Below are positions 29,991 through 39,602 of a stretch of DNA of 64,000 nucleotides, piece after piece. Position 1 is the first letter of the stretch. Each line of letters opens with the position of its first letter. The notes under the pieces were generated by a model that ran no database searches, was not told the DNA's origin, and was given only the letters and a program-made list of their open reading frames with translations. Origin of the DNA: Candidatus Bathyarchaeota archaeon (GTDB lineage Archaea > Thermoproteota > Bathyarchaeia > 40CM-2-53-6); contig VBAW01000016.1 of assembly GCA_005888635.1 (NCBI GenBank), positions 133,859-197,858 on the forward strand, in the 5' to 3' direction. The position numbers were made by a program, and so were the translations under genes.

Positions 29991-30031
29991 TCGTTCGAAG
30001 GAAAAACTCGGGCGCAATCTGTTACGTTCTC

Positions 30032-31165
30032 TTAGTCTTCTTCTGATGGAAACTTCTTCTTCGAAGCTTCGGAAGACTTGACACCGTCCTTACTGTCCAT
30101 CCCGTCTGAGCTCTTATCATCCGATTTGAATTGACTCTTCTCAGAATTCTCTTGGGTTGTTGCAGTATCCTCAGGAGTTGATGGTTTAGCTAGACTTGGA
30201 CTGATTGAAAGATCTAGGCGCGGTTTAGTTGCTTCAGAGCCTGATCGGGGACTTGCGCTAGGCACTGGATTCCTGGGAAAATTGGTCGGGCGAGGCGGTC
30301 TGGGGAGAGCCTTGGGGACCAAGGGGTTGGTCATTGGCCCGACGATAACGCTTGGCGGGACTATTTTCGGCGCAGGTGCTGGGATGTAGGGCTGTCTCAG
30401 TCCGCCGGAGTCGGAGACTGATGGCACCTTTCTAGTGGGAGATGAAGGCCTGAGGATTCCCCGGGATTCTCCTATGAATTTGGGGCTGTCTTCCCAGCTG
30501 GAACCGCCTTGATTCGGTGGCGCAGGCATAGTTGGTCTGTCGAATGCTCTCTCGGAAATGACTGTCTGTGGCGGTGGCCTTTCAGCTCCTTTCTCAGTTA
30601 TCATCATTGGTTTCATAAGAGCGGGCGTGCTTGTTGGCAGGGCTTCGATCCTCGGTGGAGGAACTCCTGTCTCGCGACCGAAGGGAACATCGTCGCGGTT
30701 TGCTCCCGTGGATCTTGCGCTCATTGGCGGGCCAGCCTCTAGCGGTGTTCGAAACGCTTTCTCCCACGATCCTGGACGGGGTTCGGTCTGACTGGGAGCA
30801 ACGGTTGGAGTTGTTGCAATCACGGGGGCTGGGTGAACTTTTTCGATTTTCAGCTCAGCGACCTGGGCCTCAAGTACGAGGTTACGTTTCATCAGATTCT
30901 CTAGCATCTGCAATGCTCTTTCTAGTCGAATACCTGGGCGCAGTCCTCTCTGGAACTTGAAGGCTAGGGTGATGGCGAGTGTCGCGATTATGACCATAAC
31001 AGCAATGTCGATAGTACTGAACGATAGCTGTGGGAATCTCTGCAGACTGCCGGCCAATTGGTCTGCGACAGAGGGGTTATTGGCGTAGACTAGGAACAAC
31101 CAGTATGAGAGCCAGCCTACGAACGCGGTCTCTATAGCAACGAGCTTGATAAGGAGTCTTCTCAA
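30032..31165 (-). CDS. Membrane-anchored protein: 2 TM, coiled coil and Pro-rich tail
   Basis: WLFLVYANNP; LERALQMLENLMKRN coil; low-complexity P/S/T tail. Confidence 0.75.
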   Translation of the reverse strand: MRRLLIKLVAIETAFVGWLSYWLFLVYANNPSVADQLAGSLQRFPQLSFSTIDIAVMVIIATLAITLAFKFQRGLRPGIRLERALQMLENLMKRNLVLEAQVAELKIEKVHPAPVIATTPTVAPSQTEPRPGSWEKAFRTPLEAGPPMSARSTGANRDDVPFGRETGVPPPRIEALPTSTPALMKPMMITEKGAERPPPQTVISERAFDRPTMPAPPNQGGSSWEDSPKFIGESRGILRPSSPTRKVPSVSDSGGLRQPYIPAPAPKIVPPSVIVGPMTNPLVPKALPRPPRPTNFPRNPVPSASPRSGSEATKPRLDLSISPSLAKPSTPEDTATTQENSEKSQFKSDDKSSDGMDSKDGVKSSEASKKKFPSEED

Positions 31166-31258
31166 ACTATCCTTCTCTCCTCCTTGGGAGCAACAAGTGG
31201 AACTCTGCTTGGTAAGAGCCTAAGACTTGCTGTAACTGGCTCAGATGGGTCAAAGTCC

Positions 31259-32641
31259 CTATTTTGCCTCTCCGACTCCTCGATCTTTCCGCAAAGTCTT
31301 CAATATCGTATCTAAGGCGGTGTCCCAATCCATCTCTCCTCCGCCCCCAGTCGCTGCTGGAGGGTTCTTCGATTCGGCCCCCGGGTTTGTCGAGGACAGG
31401 TCACCGAATGATTGGGGTTTCTCTGAGGAGTCGGGTGATTCTTTGTCTGGGGTCTGGGTAGGTGGCTTCCAGGGCTGAGGCATTGGCATTGGTCCTCCAA
31501 GAGGAGGAGGTGGTCGAGGTCCGGGTTGACCTTGTCCAGGTTGGGGTCCCATTCCGGGTGGGGGTCGGGGTGGACCTGCACCGAATGGTCTTGGGGGTGC
31601 CATAGGTGGTGCCATAGGTCGTTGTTCTCCGGGTCTTCCCGGACCTTGTGTGACGAAGGGGCGGGGTCCACCCTGTGTAGGGGGTAGCGGGGGTCTCATG
31701 GGCATGGGGGCAGGTCGAGGAATTCCTTGGGGTGGCGGGGAGCCCTGTGGATATGTGGATCCTGATGATGGGGTCCATTTGGTCGGGAGTGGCGGGATAG
31801 ATCTTACTCCAGAGGTCTCGGAAGACGGCGCGATCCGCGGCCGGTCTGGAGGAGCCCACTTTGACGGGACTGCTGAGGACTGTGAACTTTGAGGCTGACC
31901 TGCGGGGGAGGGGAACGGGACGCCTTGTCTTGCTGATGTGTCAAGTCCCGGTTTCTGGAATACAGGCCCTGTCTCTGATCTCCGATTGTCCATGGTCGAC
32001 GGAGGGGCATTCCAAGCCGGGCTTGGTCCGGGTCTAGGCGACTGCTCGGTTGGTGGGCGGATTGTCGAACTGGGTGGATTCTGGGGGGTAGGTTGGAAAG
32101 GCGAGGAAGTAGGTCTCGACGCTTCAGCTCGCAAGGTCTGTAATACCGCGGAGGCACTCTTTCCCGCTACGTCCTGTTTCTGGGCCGGGAACGTATCGGT
32201 CGAGGACTTGGCAGCTGTTGACCATGTCAGGCTCGGGCTGGCTCTTGGACTGCTCGGGCTAGAACTCTTTGGTAATGGTGGAACCGCGTAGACTGTATGC
32301 TTTGACCCGGTGGAAGGCGGAGCGCCTGTGGGGAGGATCTGTCTCGAGGGCGAGGCGGTCGGAGTGCCTGTTGAGAGTATTGATCCTGGTTTGAACGATT
32401 TTGATTTCTGAATTCTTCCGACGAGGCCTTGGTCACCGTGCCGTCTCTTGAGGAGCACGTATCCAAAACCGGATCCTCCACCTAGGCCGATCGTTAGAAC
32501 TATGAACGGTGAATAGGGTCCGATTGAGGTGTTAACGTAGTTCTGGAAATAGATATCGTTCAGATACTGGTTGACGAGCCAGAAGGTGAGGAATAGGTTG
32601 ACGAGGATAGAGATGGTTGTTCCGATTCGTATTTTGACCAC
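31259..32641 (-). CDS. Membrane-anchored Pro-rich protein
   Basis: WLVNQYLNDIYFQNY, 2 TM, ~370-aa Pro-rich tail, terminal helix MDWDTALDTILKTL. Confidence 0.75.
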   Translation of the reverse strand: MVKIRIGTTISILVNLFLTFWLVNQYLNDIYFQNYVNTSIGPYSPFIVLTIGLGGGSGFGYVLLKRRHGDQGLVGRIQKSKSFKPGSILSTGTPTASPSRQILPTGAPPSTGSKHTVYAVPPLPKSSSPSSPRASPSLTWSTAAKSSTDTFPAQKQDVAGKSASAVLQTLRAEASRPTSSPFQPTPQNPPSSTIRPPTEQSPRPGPSPAWNAPPSTMDNRRSETGPVFQKPGLDTSARQGVPFPSPAGQPQSSQSSAVPSKWAPPDRPRIAPSSETSGVRSIPPLPTKWTPSSGSTYPQGSPPPQGIPRPAPMPMRPPLPPTQGGPRPFVTQGPGRPGEQRPMAPPMAPPRPFGAGPPRPPPGMGPQPGQGQPGPRPPPPLGGPMPMPQPWKPPTQTPDKESPDSSEKPQSFGDLSSTNPGAESKNPPAATGGGGEMDWDTALDTILKTLRKDRGVGEAK

Positions 32642-32985
32642 TAGTAGTCATCCTCGGGTTTGCTAGTTTTCTTGGGAGGTTTCAGTACGGTCCGGATGGT
32701 TGAGATGAGTCGGGTGAAACCGTAGGCTGATGCGATCATCAGGACGACTACTAGGAATACTGGGTTGAAGGATCCGAAGTATTGTTGTTCGTAGATGTTG
32801 TAGAAATATTCCGTGACTAGCCAGACGCCGAAGAATAGGATGATCCCGTATTCGAGGATGGATGTGAGGAGTGTGGTCTGGTATAGGTTGCTCCCTGCAG
32901 AGTCTTCTCCATGCCAGCCCAACAAAGTTTCGATGTACCTTCTACTTCCACTCTTCTTGGGTTGGGTCTCCTCCTCAACCCCCAA
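32641..32985 (-). CDS. Small 2-TM protein of the same family
   Basis: WLVTEYFYNIYEQQY. Confidence 0.7.
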   Translation of the reverse strand: MGVEEETQPKKSGSRRYIETLLGWHGEDSAGSNLYQTTLLTSILEYGIILFFGVWLVTEYFYNIYEQQYFGSFNPVFLVVVLMIASAYGFTRLISTIRTVLKPPKKTSKPEDDY

Positions 32986-33180
32986 TAATCCTCAACGCAA
33001 GATGCCCGTCTCCGCAATCACCATAAGCGTGCTGTAACCGGTGGAAGATGAAACGCGGTACATTGACCGGTGACAGGGATTATCTTCGCATCGATCTACG
33101 GGCTAAATCAGAGACGACTCATCTTTTCGCACATTAAAATACGGCACAGAGCGAAAACAGTCTAGCTCTCAAAGTGAGCC

Positions 33181-34173
33181 ATGGTGACTCAAGAAACCGC
33201 CCGGAAATACGAAGTTGTAGAAGACCTCCCGGGCGTAGGTCCATCAACAGCTGACAAGCTGAAAGAACTCGGCTTCCACACAGTCGAGAGCCTAGCAACG
33301 GCCACGATTAGAGAGCTCGTCCCAGCTGGGATAGGCGAGAAACAGGCCGCCAAGATCATCGGCGTAGCGCGAGACAGCATCTCGCTATCGTTCATCAGAG
33401 CCGACGAACTGATGAGAATGAAGGCTAACGTCCTACGGCTCACAACCGGCAGCAAATCCTTCGACGAACTGATCGGCGGCGGACTAGAAACACAGACGAT
33501 TACAGAAGTCTATGGTGAGTATGGAGTGGGCAAGTCGATCCTCTGCCATCAACTAGCCGTCAACGTTCAGCTTCCAGTAGAAAAGGGCGGTCTAGATGGC
33601 GGAGCACTGTATCTGGACACTGAACAGACTTTTCGTCCAGAGTGGATCGTCCGGATGGCAAAATCCGCGGGGCTGGAGGCAACAGATGTTGCACAGCGGA
33701 TAATCTACTCAGAGGCGTATAATTCCGATCACCAAGTCCTTCTTCTGGAGAAGGCTGATCAGATAATCAAAGACAATAACATACGCGTAATAATAATCGA
33801 CTCGCTAACGTCTCATTTCAGAAGCGAATACCTGGGAAGAGAGATGCTGGCCGAACGGCAGCAACGATTGAACAATCACATGCACAGACTAATACGACTC
33901 GCCAGGGGATTCAACGCCGTGGCGGTTGTGACTAACCAGGTCATGTCCAAGCCCGACCAGTTCTTCGCCAACTCAGTGGACGCTGTTGGCGGCCACATCG
34001 TCGCCCACACAAGCCACACACGGGTCTTTCTACGCCGCGCGGCGACTGGTCCAATAAGGATAGCGCGCCTCGTCTCCAGCCCCTACCTTCCTGAGGGTGA
34101 AAGAATATTCAAGGTCACCGAGACAGGCATACTTGACGTGTCAGAGGAGGACGAGGTCAAGCGTCGTCGGTAA
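33181..34173 (+). CDS. radA: DNA repair and recombination protein RadA
   Basis: DLPGVG HhH, GEYGVGKS, IIDSL, FRSEYLGRE.LAERQQ; no intein. Confidence 0.97.
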   Translation: MVTQETARKYEVVEDLPGVGPSTADKLKELGFHTVESLATATIRELVPAGIGEKQAAKIIGVARDSISLSFIRADELMRMKANVLRLTTGSKSFDELIGGGLETQTITEVYGEYGVGKSILCHQLAVNVQLPVEKGGLDGGALYLDTEQTFRPEWIVRMAKSAGLEATDVAQRIIYSEAYNSDHQVLLLEKADQIIKDNNIRVIIIDSLTSHFRSEYLGREMLAERQQRLNNHMHRLIRLARGFNAVAVVTNQVMSKPDQFFANSVDAVGGHIVAHTSHTRVFLRRAATGPIRIARLVSSPYLPEGERIFKVTETGILDVSEEDEVKRRR

Positions 34174-34202
34174 GACCAAAGAGCTCTATTCCAACGGACT
34201 CG

Positions 34203-34628
34203 GTGAATAGATTCTTCCAGAACGTGGAAGAGCGAGCCTGGACAGATGCGGAGAAGGAGCTTGATGGTATTCGTCAGAAAGCCGAGAACGCTCTCTGGCA
34301 CAAGGGATACGTCAAGGCTCTAGAGGGCTTGCTGTTAACGTACCGGACCAACGATGACAAGTACATCTACCTCCCGAAAATGCTCGGGACCGGCGGAGAT
34401 GAATCGATCAATCAACTCCGAAAAGAGTTCGGAGAGTTTGCAGCCAACGAGATTCACGGAGAATATGACCGGGGATACTTCAAAGCGTTGGAAGATTACG
34501 TCACACTTCTATCGTCGATGAAGAGTCCGTCCCCTGCTATCTCCCCGACTCCTCCGGTACCTGAGGAGAAGAAGGAATCTCCTAAGAAGGATGCGGATTT
34601 AGAACGGTATACAGCAGAATCGTCGTAA
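34203..34628 (+). CDS. Hypothetical protein
   Basis: Internal repeat KGYVKALE / RGYFKALE. Confidence 0.65.
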   Translation: MNRFFQNVEERAWTDAEKELDGIRQKAENALWHKGYVKALEGLLLTYRTNDDKYIYLPKMLGTGGDESINQLRKEFGEFAANEIHGEYDRGYFKALEDYVTLLSSMKSPSPAISPTPPVPEEKKESPKKDADLERYTAESS

Positions 34629-35007
34629 AGATCATCCAGATAACATAGGATCCCATTCCAATCGTCACGTGCTTGTTCGGACCCTTCAGCACCTCTGGAC
34701 CGTATCCGAGAAGATTCTTCACCAGAAAGACGGAGACGGAATAAACGCCTATTCCCACAGTGATCATACTCAACGTCCCAAGGCCCACTCCCAGGGAGCC
34801 GAATCCTGCAAGGTTGTAGACGACTCCGGCCAAAACGCCAAAGCCGAGCCGCAACCAGTAGACGAGCGAAGCTGGGGGCAAACGGCCGAGGTGGACCTCT
34901 TTGGCTGTCTGGACAGATATGTTCGATCCCGTGCTCGACAAGGCTCGAATGGGGGCCGGCTTCAATCGTGCTGATAACGTTTTGCCGGAAGACATCGTGA
35001 TATTCAC
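34582..35007 (-). CDS. Hypothetical membrane protein
   Basis: Three hydrophobic segments. Confidence 0.65.
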   Translation of the reverse strand: MNITMSSGKTLSARLKPAPIRALSSTGSNISVQTAKEVHLGRLPPASLVYWLRLGFGVLAGVVYNLAGFGSLGVGLGTLSMITVGIGVYSVSVFLVKNLLGYGPEVLKGPNKHVTIGMGSYVIWMIFTTILLYTVLNPHPS

Positions 35008-35048
35008 ATGAAGATTTTATAGAAGCCGGGTCTCCTGGCCGTTCTGCC

Positions 35049-35636
35049 TTGTCGGTGCACGAGACCGAGCCTGAATCCGTTCTCGTACGAGATATCATGT
35101 CAAGGCCTGTTATCACCGCGAAAGAGTCTGACACTGCAGCTGATGTCGCGAAGCTAATGGCCAAGCATAACATCGGATGCGTGCTCGTCTCGGGCAAGAA
35201 AGGAGAAACGGTCGGGATAATTACTGAGCGAGATATCGTTCAGAGAATCGCGGCCAAGAATCTCATCCCGTCGAAAGTGACCGTGGGCGAGGCCATGACC
35301 AAGCCCGTCGTCACAATAAAATCGGGAGCTAATGTCACGGACGCTGCGAAGCTGATGAACCAGCGAAAGATCAGAAGACTCGCTGTAATGGAGAATGGAA
35401 AACTTATGGGAATTTTGACGATGAAAGACATTCTAGAAATTACTCCTGCAATAATCGATCTTGCCTCTGAGAAGAGTAAAGCTGGACTGGGACGGACCCC
35501 CAGGACGAGTACCTCTCGTCTGTCCGGTTATTGTGACGAGTGTGAAACTTGGTCGGAAGCGTTGGTGCAGAAGGATGGAGTCTTCCTCTGTCAGGACTGC
35601 GCAAAGGAACTTGGCCCGGTCGAAGAAGACAACTGA
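35049..35636 (+). CDS. CBS-pair protein with C-terminal zinc finger
   Basis: VRDIMS, GIITERDI, GILTMKDI; CDEC..CQDC. Confidence 0.9.
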   Translation: MSVHETEPESVLVRDIMSRPVITAKESDTAADVAKLMAKHNIGCVLVSGKKGETVGIITERDIVQRIAAKNLIPSKVTVGEAMTKPVVTIKSGANVTDAAKLMNQRKIRRLAVMENGKLMGILTMKDILEITPAIIDLASEKSKAGLGRTPRTSTSRLSGYCDECETWSEALVQKDGVFLCQDCAKELGPVEEDN

Positions 35637-35649
35637 GACCGCAGTAGAT

Positions 35650-36963
35650 CTGGAAGACCGGAATATTCTGGTCAAAGATGCTGACATCTGGAATGGAAAG
35701 GGCTTCACTAGGGGCTGCATTCTGATCCTAGAAGGCCGGATCAAACGAATAGCTCGCAGCATAACGGACAGTGGAGTAGAGACGATTGATGCTCTGGGAC
35801 TCAAGGCTCTACCTGGACTCATAGACGTTCATGTCCATCTCAGGGACATTGGACTCGCCTACAAGGAGGATTTTGCTACTGGAACAGCTGCAGCCGCAGC
35901 AGGAGGATTCACGACGGTGCTTGACATGCCGAACACGGTCCCTCCAACCGATTCCGCTAGCCGCTTGATTGAAAAGCGGAGAGTAGCAGCCCAGAAGACC
36001 TACGTCAATGTAGGTTTTCACGCGGCCGCAGTATCTGATTCTCACGACATAGAATCCTTAGCCGATGCAGGAGCATTCTCGCTCAAACTCTACATGCCGA
36101 AACCTATCGCGCCCTTCGATGTCGAGAATGACCAGGCAATAGAGAAAATGATGCGAACCGCAGGGCGCGTTGGGACGCCGGTAACCGTTCATGCAGAAGA
36201 TCTTGTCACTGGGGAAAATACGAGCAAGACAGATAGCTTCGAGGCGGCCGCAGAGGCTCGGCCTCCAATCTTCGAAACTCGCGCTGTCGATAGACTATTG
36301 AGAATTCAGAAGAAGGCTCGTTGCCACGTCCACTACTGCCACCTAACTCTCCGCTCCAGCCTCACGAAGATCACTGGTTCGACAAGATCCACTAGCGAGG
36401 TCACGCCTCATCATCTCCTCCTCTCCAAGAAGATCTTGTCCAGTCTCAGGTGGAGAGCCTGGATGGTTCCCCCATTAAGATCTGAAGAGACGAGGTGGAG
36501 CTTGCTCAAATCCACACTTACTGGTCTCTGCAGCGTTATCGCCAGTGATCATGCCCCTCACGCCGTCATCGAGAAGGATCAATCCGTCAGCAAGAGTCCG
36601 CCGGGTATCCCAGGATTGGAAACGACACTGCCATTAATGTTGACACTGGTCAACAGACAACAGATGAGTCTCTCGCTCTTAGTGAAACTTCTGTGCGATA
36701 ATCCTGCAAGGATTTTCGGTCTCAAGTCCAAGGCCAAGCTTCGGAGGGGAGCGGATGGCGATGTTGTCTTGGTTGATCTGAAGAAGAAATCTATGATAGA
36801 TTCAAGTAAGTTCTTTTCGAAGGCGAAGTATTCGCCTTTTGATGGGTTCAGGACTCAGGGCGCGGTTCATTCTACCATTGTTGGCGGAGGGGTCGTCTAC
36901 AGGGAGGGAGAGATCGTCGCCGGAGAAGGCTCTGGCTCCGTGTTGCGAAGTGGTTCATGTTGA
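35650..36963 (+). CDS. pyrC: Dihydroorotase
   Basis: PGLIDVHVHLR, AAAGGFTT..DMPNT, HAED, ASDHAPH, NPARIFG; start uncertain (CTG at 35650 or an overlapping upstream ATG). Confidence 0.92.
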   Translation: MEDRNILVKDADIWNGKGFTRGCILILEGRIKRIARSITDSGVETIDALGLKALPGLIDVHVHLRDIGLAYKEDFATGTAAAAAGGFTTVLDMPNTVPPTDSASRLIEKRRVAAQKTYVNVGFHAAAVSDSHDIESLADAGAFSLKLYMPKPIAPFDVENDQAIEKMMRTAGRVGTPVTVHAEDLVTGENTSKTDSFEAAAEARPPIFETRAVDRLLRIQKKARCHVHYCHLTLRSSLTKITGSTRSTSEVTPHHLLLSKKILSSLRWRAWMVPPLRSEETRWSLLKSTLTGLCSVIASDHAPHAVIEKDQSVSKSPPGIPGLETTLPLMLTLVNRQQMSLSLLVKLLCDNPARIFGLKSKAKLRRGADGDVVLVDLKKKSMIDSSKFFSKAKYSPFDGFRTQGAVHSTIVGGGVVYREGEIVAGEGSGSVLRSGSC

Positions 36964-37460
36964 GGTTTGTAGTTGACGGAATGCTCGGAGCCCTATCGCG
37001 CTGGCTGAGAATGCTGGGATACGTGACAGAATATGATTCGAAAGCTGACGACAACATTCTCTTACGAAACTCCCAGACGCTGGACACTGTCCTCTTGACG
37101 CGTGATGAAGAGCTCTACAATAGAGCTCTCGCAAAGAATATTCGTTCAGTGCTGGTTCTCGGCGATACTGAGGAAGCCCGACTGGGACAGTTAGCGAGAA
37201 CTCTCGGAATGTCCCTCGATATCGACATGGCCTCTACTAGATGCCCTGAATGCGGCGGCGAGCTTCACGAGATTTCTAAGCAAGAGGCCTCAGGCGTCGT
37301 CCCGGCCAAAAGCCTCGAACTCTACGATCGATTCTGGAGGTGTAGCAACACCAGGTGTGGGAAGACGTATTGGGTGGGAAGCCACTGGAAACAGATACGT
37401 CACACGCTCGAAGAGGCCCGAACGATAGCGACACAAGAAGAGAAGAACACGGCATGCTAA
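36957..37460 (+). CDS. Mut7-C RNase domain protein
   Basis: RFVVDGMLG.L.RWLRMLGY, LLTRD, RCPECG, YWVGSHW. Confidence 0.92.
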   Translation: MLRFVVDGMLGALSRWLRMLGYVTEYDSKADDNILLRNSQTLDTVLLTRDEELYNRALAKNIRSVLVLGDTEEARLGQLARTLGMSLDIDMASTRCPECGGELHEISKQEASGVVPAKSLELYDRFWRCSNTRCGKTYWVGSHWKQIRHTLEEARTIATQEEKNTAC

Positions 37461-38065
37461 GTGTAGAAGAGGGCGCGTTATTGGTGAAGACGGCGCGGGT
37501 AGCCGTTGAAACTCATCTGTCAGGAAAAGAGACCCATGGGGCGGCTGAACCGAGTCCTGGCTTGAGAGAAGAGAGAGGAGTCTTCGTAACTCTGCTCGAT
37601 CATGCCAATGGTGGCAATCTGCGGGGGTGTATTGGGATCCCTTTTCCAACTCGATCGCTTCTTGAACAGGTTCGGATTGTGGCAGTGGAGGCAGCGACGA
37701 CAGATTTCCGCTTCGAGCCCGTGGGGCTTGAAGAGTTGCAGAACAGGATTGTCTTGGAGGCGACTGTCCTCTCGGCTATAGAACCTATCTGGGTAAAGAA
37801 TCCGCTCGACTTTAGAGAGAATATTCTGGTTGGGAGGGACGGTCTGATGGTTGAGGGCATGGGAAGTCACGGGCTGCTGTTGCCCCAAGTCGCCGTTGAC
37901 GAAGGGTTTGATAGTGAGGAGTTTCTTTCGCAGTGTTGTTTGAAGGCCGATCTTCCTCCGGATGCGTGGCTTACCGGCGATGTACGGGTCTCCCGGTTTC
38001 AGGGCCAGGTTTTTGCGGAGGAGAAGCCGAATGGTCGGGTGTTTGAGAGGCGTCTGAAACCGTAG
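37454..38065 (+). CDS. AMMECR1 domain protein
   Basis: GVFVTL, LRGCIG, D.RF, GRDGL, GLLLPQV. Confidence 0.93.
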   Translation: MLSVEEGALLVKTARVAVETHLSGKETHGAAEPSPGLREERGVFVTLLDHANGGNLRGCIGIPFPTRSLLEQVRIVAVEAATTDFRFEPVGLEELQNRIVLEATVLSAIEPIWVKNPLDFRENILVGRDGLMVEGMGSHGLLLPQVAVDEGFDSEEFLSQCCLKADLPPDAWLTGDVRVSRFQGQVFAEEKPNGRVFERRLKP

Positions 38066-38160
38066 TTCAACTCGCGTGGACTCTCACATCTAGACGGCAC
38101 GTGTGTTGGATCTTTCAGAATTCGAGACGTGTCAGATAGAGTGGGGGCTCGGGTTACAGC

Positions 38161-38655
38161 ATGGTAAAACGGAAAATTGTGGATACTTCTCCGGAAGACT
38201 TGTCCAACCTTCAACGCTTGGTTGGCCCGGAAAATGTTCTCGCACATTGCGCAGGGGTCAACTACCAGGTCTACGTCACGGACACACGTCTTCTAGTTGG
38301 GAAGAGATTTACGACCGGAGAGAAGTTCATGAACGTCCCAACAGCGAGCATCAACACTCTAGAGCTGATCACCAAGAGTCTCCTTCCACCGTTGACCTTC
38401 GCGGTTCTCGGCGCGATCGCCAGTTTCCTCATCTGGTGGTTTCCGGGCACTAGAATGTTGCCGTTGCCGGTGTTTCCTTACGATATTACAATGTTGGCGG
38501 GACTCGTTATCTTTGTCGGGTCACTTGTGGTGGCTTGGTGGAGGGTGGGGATTGCGGTCCTTCGGATCCGCGTCAATGATTCTCAGAGCCCTATTACGGT
38601 GAAGCTGGTCAGTACCTCCAAGGCTGAAGCAGTTTTCAAGGCCCTCAAAGGATAG
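38161..38655 (+). CDS. Hypothetical membrane protein (PH-like domain plus 2 TM)
   Basis: YVTDTRLLV; two TM segments. Confidence 0.6.
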   Translation: MVKRKIVDTSPEDLSNLQRLVGPENVLAHCAGVNYQVYVTDTRLLVGKRFTTGEKFMNVPTASINTLELITKSLLPPLTFAVLGAIASFLIWWFPGTRMLPLPVFPYDITMLAGLVIFVGSLVVAWWRVGIAVLRIRVNDSQSPITVKLVSTSKAEAVFKALKG

Positions 38656-38754
38656 CAGACAACCAAGACCTTTGGGCCGCTGGAGTTCAGTGTCTCAAAA
38701 CGCTTGTTCTTTGTAGAACGCTTAAACTGGTCACCCTTTCTCAGAAGTCTGAGT

Positions 38755-39531
38755 TTGACAGCCTCAATTCAGGAGGGTGATCTGGTTTTCCTCTATCAAG
38801 ACGCTCGCCGTAACTGGATTGCTCGGGCGGGAGAGGGACGATTCCATACTCACCGAGGGTATCTTGATCTCAAGGATCTTGTCGGGTTAGAGTACGGGGT
38901 CTTCGTCAAAACTAGCCTGGGACAGTCGCTTGCGGTGTTCAAGCCTCGGCTCTTGGAGCTGGTGAACTCGTTCAACAGACCTACCCAGATAATGTATCCA
39001 AAGGACATCGGGTATGCGATCTATCAGCTTGGACTGAAAGACGGCGATACTGCGATTGAAGTGGGCACAGGTAGCGGTGCCCTCACCGGTGCGTTGGCTC
39101 AGGCGGTCGCGCCGAATGGCCGGGTGTACACTTACGAGAACCGGGAGGAGTTCTTGAGGTCGGCTAAGAAGAACGTGGAAAAGACTGGGCTATCAAGTAA
39201 GGTCATTTTTCGAAACATGGACCCATCGGAGGGATTCTTGGAGTTGAATGCAGACGCTGCTGTTATCGATCTCGGTGATCCTTGGAAGATGGTGGGCCCA
39301 GCATGGGAAGCCCTGGCAGGAGGAGGGATGCTGGCAGGCTTCACGCCCACCGTTAACCAATTAGAGAAACTTGCTGAAGCGCTGAGAAAGGGCGGATTTC
39401 TCGTACTTGAAGCGGTTGAGCTCTTGATGCGAGAGTTCAAGACCGAAACAGGGAAGATACGACCCGAGTCGCGAATGATCGGACACACCGCATATGTGAC
39501 GATCGCTCGAAAGGTCATTGTGAAAGAATAA
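38755..39531 (+). CDS. trmI: tRNA (adenine-N1)-methyltransferase
   Basis: FHTHRG, RPTQIMYPKD, EVGTGSGALT, IDLGDPW, RP..RMIGHTAY. Confidence 0.95.
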   Translation: MTASIQEGDLVFLYQDARRNWIARAGEGRFHTHRGYLDLKDLVGLEYGVFVKTSLGQSLAVFKPRLLELVNSFNRPTQIMYPKDIGYAIYQLGLKDGDTAIEVGTGSGALTGALAQAVAPNGRVYTYENREEFLRSAKKNVEKTGLSSKVIFRNMDPSEGFLELNADAAVIDLGDPWKMVGPAWEALAGGGMLAGFTPTVNQLEKLAEALRKGGFLVLEAVELLMREFKTETGKIRPESRMIGHTAYVTIARKVIVKE

Positions 39532-39540
39532 GCGTTCTTA
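39528..39540 (+). repeat. Left att-like core ATAAGCGTTCTTA
   Basis: 12/13 identical to 45988-46000; overlaps the trmI stop. Confidence 0.6.
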
Positions 39541-39602
39541 CCCCCAACTTATCATTCGGATATCAAGAACTCATTTATTCATACTCACATCTATGTCAAT
39601 CC

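Noticed and set aside
33040..33110. Possible C/D box sRNA upstream of radA
   Set aside because: No credible terminal D box or closing stem
33181..34173. Intein or intron in radA
   Set aside because: Normal length with a continuous P-loop
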